DNA of 64,000 nucleotides from NCBI RefSeq assembly GCF_058153355.1, contig NZ_CM177019.1; one strand, 5' to 3'. Shown piece by piece: positions 63,134 to 64,000 of this stretch (position 1 is its first letter; each line of letters starts with the position of its first letter). The notes under the pieces were generated by a model. It saw only the letters and a program-made list of their open reading frames with translations, ran no database searches and was not told where the DNA came from. The position numbers and the translations under genes were made by a program.

Positions 63134-64000
63134 TCCGCACTCCTGCGTTTTTCTTTTTGAGGTGCATAAATTTGCTGCCAGGCGATTGGATTGTCCCAAA
63201 CGTTGTCATCCTCTGCTGCCAGGTGAAAACTGGTTCCCAAGTCATCTGTTCCGTTATCACCAAAGAGATCGGCATACTTTTTCTGGTATTTCACCTCACG
63301 TACAAATTGAAGATCTGGTGCTTCCTCTTTTTGGTTATCAGCCAGTACCATGCGAATTTTTTGCCAGTCATTGTAAAAATATTCTTCCAGCAATGGTAGT
63401 ATCTTATTTCGCATAATCCGTTTGAATCTTTCAAATGCCAGAGCTTCGTCTTCTTTTGCCTGCACAACAGGGATAAAAAAAGCATGCCCCAGCATATGTT
63501 CTCTATCGTATAAAACCTGGATGCGATCGTTAAGCGTCTGCAATAGACGAGGCAGATCAATACCTTTAATGACAGTATCTTTCAGAACAGTAATATCTGG
63601 CAGCATCGCTTCAAAATCAAATCTGCGACGTAGTGCAGTATCAAGTGCAGTAAGCGAATGATCAGCAGTGTTCATGGTACCAATTAAATAAAGGTTATTC
63701 GGTACACTAAATGGAGTGGAAGAGTATGGCAGCAATACGCTAAGCGATTCTGGCTCACCAGCCCGTTTAGATGGCTCAATAAGGGTAATTAGTTCACCAA
63801 AAATTTTTGAAATATTACCCCGATTTATTTCATCAATAATGAGAACATAGTTTTCCTTTTTTTCTGAAGCTACGCTCTGAGTATTCAGAGGCAGATAACG
63901 TTGATTAATTAAATAGTTAAGGATACTGCGTACATAAGATGGATTATGTACTTTTGCTCGTGGATCCTGATAAACTTGCCGAATATCCTTCAAATAGGCA
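63130..64000 (-). CDS. McrB-like AAA+ GTPase subunit, C-terminal part (5' end beyond window)
   Basis: Frame open to window edge; motifs LIIDEINRGN and NLYLIGTMNTAD typical of McrB; immediately upstream of the McrC-like gene. Confidence 0.7.
   Translation of the reverse strand, partial: AYLKDIRQVYQDPRAKVHNPSYVRSILNYLINQRYLPLNTQSVASEKKENYVLIIDEINRGNISKIFGELITLIEPSKRAGEPESLSVLLPYSSTPFSVPNNLYLIGTMNTADHSLTALDTALRRRFDFEAMLPDITVLKDTVIKGIDLPRLLQTLNDRIQVLYDREHMLGHAFFIPVVQAKEDEALAFERFKRIMRNKILPLLEEYFYNDWQKIRMVLADNQKEEAPDLQFVREVKYQKKYADLFGDNGTDDLGTSFHLAAEDDNVWDNPIAWQQIYAPQKEKRRSAE

Overview
Escherichia coli-type chromosomal segment, read in the opposite direction to the K-12 map. No database search was possible; all calls come from reading motifs in the supplied translations plus gene order recalled from memory. 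Backbone: lgoD(partial)-lgoR-lgoT-tsr ... btsT-yjiX-yjiA ... yjiS-yjiR-rpnD-mdtM-yjiN-yjiM-yjiL ... yjiK-yjiJ ... kptA-yjiH-yjiG-iadA-hypT-iraD-yjiC-uxuRBA-gntP-fimHGFDCIA-fimS-fimEB-nanCMS. Five blocks look strain-specific relative to K-12 as I remember it: (1) a 5-gene island between tsr and btsT (RpiR regulator, SSS transporter, RidA, D-aminoacylase, DSD1-like PLP enzyme), which I read as a putative N-acyl-D-amino-acid catabolic module; (2) a single GmrSD-like (DUF262/DUF1524) type IV restriction gene, split by a frameshift in an A7 tract, where K-12 carries mrr-hsdRMS-mcrBC; (3) an AT-rich pentapeptide-repeat (EspX-like) gene with an in-frame 9-bp tandem repeat between yjiL and yjiK; (4) a 1746-aa intimin/invasin-family inverse autotransporter between yjiJ and kptA; (5) a defence cluster after nanS with two divergent HNH nucleases and a McrBC-like pair running off the window edge. 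The fim invertible switch is present with exact 9-bp inverted repeats and appears to be in the OFF orientation. No rRNA, tRNA, CRISPR array, IS element or integrase was recognised.
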